DNA of 64,000 nt from Blepharisma stoltei ATCC 30299. Its lineage: Eukaryota > Protista > Ciliophora. Of this stretch, positions 60,426 to 64,000 are shown piece after piece; the first letter of the stretch is position 1; each line of letters opens with the position of its first letter. The DNA lies in assembly GCA_965603825.1 (NCBI GenBank), contig CBFDEM010000002.1:1-64000 (forward strand), given 5' to 3'. The notes under the pieces are model-generated. The model saw only the letters and a program-made list of their open reading frames with translations, did not search any database and had not been told where the DNA came from. The translations under genes and the position numbers were made by a program.

Positions 60426-61460
60426 CTATTTAAAGCCTCTTGATGGGATTGGTGCATTTCTAGCAGCTGGCTGAAGTTGCCGCTGCATAATGACTGGCAC
60501 TTTTGATTCTTCTTGCGGCTCATCCTGGGCTTGCTTTTGTCTTTGTTCACTGTTTGTCCCAGTTGATGGACCAGTTCCTCTTAGTGCACATCAATCAAAC
60601 ATAAAATCATATTGATAGTTTTCTCTAAAAAACAGATCTTTAAACAGTCTTTTCAAATAACTATAATCAGGCCTATCCTCAAATCTTAGCGCTTTACAAT
60701 AGTTAATATAAACCACAAACTCAGACGGAAAATTTTCACAAAGCGATTCGACTGAGGTGCTCATTTTCTTTTCCATGATATTCTGATATTTTTCCTTCTT
60801 ATTATTTCCAGGTAGTCCTTGTCATGGCAAAGATCCTCTTAAAAAATACAAAAATACATACCCAAGGCCTTCCAAATCGTCCCTTCTTGACTGCTCAATC
60901 CCCAAGTGAGTATTAATTGCTGCATACCTAGCAGTCCCAGTTAGATTTTTTCCTTCTCTATAAGGAATATGTACATTAGTTTTTGGGTCTCTATATCTTT
61001 TCGCCAGTCCGAAATCAATAGCAAATACTTGATTTGCCTTGCGGCCGAGCCCAATAAGGAAATTGTCAGGCTTCACGTCTCTATGTAAAAAGTTTTTAGA
61101 ATGCATGTACTCGATCCTAGCTATCAATTGGTCAGCAAGCATCAAGACCGTTTTAATAGAAAAGCAGCGTGAGCAAAATTGAAGCAAATCTTCTAACGAA
61201 GGCCCGAGGAGATCCATAACTAAAACGTTATAGTCTCCTTCGACCCCGTATCAGTGGATAACTGGGATTCCTGTTCCTCCTTGAAGAATTCGGTATATGC
61301 GTGACTCGTAGAGAAGTTGAGGGTGTTTTGACCTGACACTTTCGAGCTTTATGGCGACTTCTTCATTAGTTTGAGTGTTTGTGCCCAGGTAGATTTCTCC
61401 GAATGAGCCACTGCCGATTTTACGGCCGATTCGGTATTTGCCACCAACTTTTAACTCCAT
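60426..61460 (-). CDS. Casein kinase 1, delta/epsilon-like (344 aa)
   Basis: IGSGSFG, HPQLLYE, HW(TGA)[39 protein letters not shown](TGA)QGL and FDW(TGA). Confidence 0.97.
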
Positions 61461-62062
61461 TTAAAATAAAATTAAATAAAAGAGAGGCCACTTGAAGTTC
61501 TGAGGAGATTTAAGATTGAAGAAACAGATATTTTGAAAAAATTTTATTTAATTATTTTTTATCCATTAAAAATTACTTTGTTGAATCAATATTCTACTTA
61601 TTGTCTTGAAATGGAAGATTGCTTATAAGTTTTGAAAATATTTATTTAACAAATAATAACTTTACTAAAATAATAATGTTTAATGCAATATACAATGCAT
61701 TTAAAAAATAATTTAACTTCAACTGAACTTTATAATATATTAATTTTATTATTATTTAGTTATTCTTCATAAAATTGGTTTTCTGTAATTATATCTCTAC
61801 TTAAAAATTTTAATTCTAAATATATCTGTCTTCTTTATCTATTTATGCTCCTAATAGCTGATATATTGCAGTCTTCCATTTTCACAATCACATGAATAGT
61901 AACTTAAATAGCCTTATTCATCACCCAATTGCTGTAAAACCTAAATTTTATCAACCCTAAGGCCAAAATTAAATAGATATCGCCAATTTTTAGCTTTTTT
62001 ATTAACCCGCTATAACTAAATGTTTTAATTTTCTTAATTCACCCTTCCAATAATTTTTAAAT

Positions 62063-62596
62063 ATGAGACGTGGTCAAAACCAAGAAATTTCTTCTCGTTC
62101 AGGAGCACCTAGAAGCAAGTCACCAGGCGGTAGGCGAGGAGCTGAACGCCGAGGTCTTACAGAAGATGAGATCGAAGAGATAAAGGAAGCCTTCAATTTA
62201 TTCGATACTGATGGATCAGGGACAATTGATCCCAAAGAGCTTAGGGCCGCAATGCAATCTCTTGGGTTTGAGACCAAAAATCCAACCATTTATTCAATGA
62301 TTGCTGATTTGGACAAGCTAGGCACTGCAATTGACTTTGATATGTTTCTAGATGCAATTACAGACAAGTTAGGGGATAAAGAAACCAGAGGAGGGATTTA
62401 TAAGATTTTTGACTTGTTTGACGATGACAAGACTGGATCAATCAACCTAAATAATCTGAGAAGAGTGGCTAAAGAGCTTGGAGAGACAATGACAGTCGAC
62501 GAACTTAATGAAATGCTTGAAAGAGCAGCTTCTAATGGACATGAAATCACTAGAGAGGATTTCTATACAATCATGACCAAGAGAGCTTTCCCATAG
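62063..62596 (+). CDS. Centrin (EF-hand)
   Basis: [32 protein letters not shown] and [23 protein letters not shown]. Confidence 0.95.
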   Translation: MRRGQNQEISSRSGAPRSKSPGGRRGAERRGLTEDEIEEIKEAFNLFDTDGSGTIDPKELRAAMQSLGFETKNPTIYSMIADLDKLGTAIDFDMFLDAITDKLGDKETRGGIYKIFDLFDDDKTGSINLNNLRRVAKELGETMTVDELNEMLERAASNGHEITREDFYTIMTKRAFP

Positions 62597-62764
62597 TTTA
62601 ATTTAACTTAAGTATGGAAAAAAGTTTATAAAAATTCCAAGAAATTTGCATTAAGATAATAAAAGATAAATAAAGATCATTTGGAAGGATATGATTGAGA
62701 TTTTTATCAGAAAATACCTGCTAGTATTGTATAAATATGAGTTTTGAGGTAAAGTCTTAATCAA

Positions 62765-62836
62765 GGGTGATTAGCTCACTGGTAGAGCAATTGACTGCAG
62801 ATCAATAGGTAATTGGTTCGATTCCGATATCGCCCT
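62765..62836 (+). tRNA. tRNA-Cys(GCA), copy 1
   Basis: Acceptor GGGTGAT/ATCGCCC, D arm GCTC/GAGC, anticodon arm ATTGA-CTGCAGA-TCAAT, TTCGA T loop; followed by an oligo-T terminator. Confidence 0.95.
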
Positions 62837-62957
62837 CTTTTTTGTGTGTTTTCTTCAATAATGCATCGCTGAAGTGATAATTTACTGTTAACATTTTTTC
62901 CAGATTTCATCAGATTAATAGGTATAAATTCCTGTTTCGAATTTATTACCTAATCAA

Positions 62958-63029
62958 GGGTGATTAGCTCACTGGTAGAGCAATTGACTGCAGATCAATA
63001 GGTAATTGGTTCGATTCCGATATCGCCCT
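62958..63029 (+). tRNA. tRNA-Cys(GCA), copy 2
   Basis: Identical 72-nt copy starting 193 nt after copy 1; followed by oligo-T. Confidence 0.95.
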
Positions 63030-63695
63030 CTTTTTATGATTTTTCTGCAAATTGGTGAATTTATTATGAGCTTTATGCCAAAAATGCTACATCAGGATTT
63101 AATTAACTTTGAAAGCTCTTGATTATTTTTAAATTTTAAGTTTTAGATGCTCGCCTTTAGGGCTTATTTTTAGTTATTTTCATGAAATTTTTAAATTTGT
63201 ATTATTAAGCTTATAATATCTTATTTTTACCTAAAGATTGTTATCTAGTTATTTTTAATTTGCTTTTTTCATTCTATAAAGCAGTTCAATTATTTGCCTT
63301 CTTTAATTTTTTTCCCTGTGTGCAACTGCTATCATAACCATATTTAGCAGGCACGTTTTGAGAGGTTTCGTTAAATTTTTGTGTTTGCTGTTTCTTATGA
63401 ATCTTCATATATACTTTTCTTAGCATTATTAAGAAAATTTATTTAGCTTGATTTTTATTATATCATATTTTCAAAATTGTCAAATATTTTCTCTTCATTT
63501 ATTCTAATCCAGCATTATAGGTATAAAGCATCCTTAGTTTCTATTTACTTTACTATCAAACTGCTGATTAACCAATAAAATGAATATACAATAGAAATAG
63601 CTAATGATTCCAAAACTAATTCATTTGTCTAATTTATAATTAATTAAAAATATTTCAGACTAAACAAATCAAAAAAAATTATCAAAAATTTAATT

Positions 63696-64000
63696 TTAAA
63701 CATAATTTTGTTTGATTTCTTTATAAAGCAAAATCGAAGGCAATCTATCATGCCAAATTTTGTTTTCAACAAGCATTTTAATCATTTCTCCTCTTGCTGA
63801 GTTAAAATAATGCTCTCTCACAAACTCTAAGACAGATTTCCTAATCACAGATTTCTTATTCATGTAAAATTTAGGATGATACAGCAAGCATTTTATCGCA
63901 TTCAGGCTCGGATTTTTGCATGCATTAAGTTCAGCAAAAGCCCAATATAAAGGTATTGAGTCTCCATTATTTTTTATATTCGGATTAGCATTGAATTCCT
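63696..64000 (-). CDS. 3' end of an ankyrin-repeat protein; 5' part lies outside the window
   Basis: Frame open from the window edge: EFNANPNIKNNGDSIPLYWA (ANPN..N..PL..A ankyrin-like) to TAA at 63696. Confidence 0.6.
   Translation of the reverse strand, partial: EFNANPNIKNNGDSIPLYWAFAELNACKNPSLNAIKCLLYHPKFYMNKKSVIRKSVLEFVREHYFNSARGEMIKMLVENKIWHDRLPSILLYKEIKQNYV

Noticed and set aside
11229-61460. TGA-interrupted genes as pseudogenes, selenoproteins or UGA=Cys
   Set aside because: TGA falls at conserved Trp positions in many unrelated families and matches TGG in a paralog.
9319-62289. Many short antisense or overlapping ORFs in the track (e.g. 9319-9642, 11303-11632, 13108-13434, 25454-27567, 30226-31378, 52086-52517)
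   Set aside because: They lie opposite or within well-supported genes and show no motifs.
57064-62596. FAM161-like, enkurin, CK1 and centrin as a ciliary gene cluster
   Set aside because: Ciliary and EF-hand genes are abundant in ciliates, so adjacency is expected by chance.
62765-63029. tRNAs as UGA-decoding suppressors
   Set aside because: The anticodon is GCA with a normal 5-bp stem, and UGA here aligns with Trp, not Cys.

Overview
Left end of a macronuclear chromosome or contig from a heterotrich ciliate, most likely Blepharisma. Three signals point there: ~1.86 kb of (CCCTAACA)n telomere, in-frame TGA at conserved Trp positions with genes ending only in TAA/TAG, and 15-16 nt GT-AG introns. 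The supplied ORF track therefore fragments most genes; I rebuilt them by hand with UGA=Trp and eight micro-introns. The subtelomeric ~7 kb is a turnover zone: a telomere-truncated NEK-like kinase/Kelch pseudogene, a 2.17 kb inverted duplication carrying two identical head-to-head Kelch genes, and a decayed LINE-type endonuclease starting at the palindrome edge. The rest is gene-dense: SLC35F6-like, an MST/Hippo kinase with a tandem pseudokinase, calcyphosin-like, SCP phosphatase, SBDS, beta-adaptin, mitochondrial KAS, GFAT, PKD2-like, DGK, TMEM104-like, enkurin, CK1, centrin and two tRNA-Cys. The most novel-looking candidates are an MLKL-like helical bundle + Cbl-type EF-hand + tandem FHA protein, the Hippo kinase/pseudokinase pair, a WD40-TRP-like protein lacking its pore, a stand-alone tandem transposase-type HTH gene, and a GFAT with an organellar-type presequence ahead of the catalytic Cys. 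All domain calls are by eye; no searches were run.
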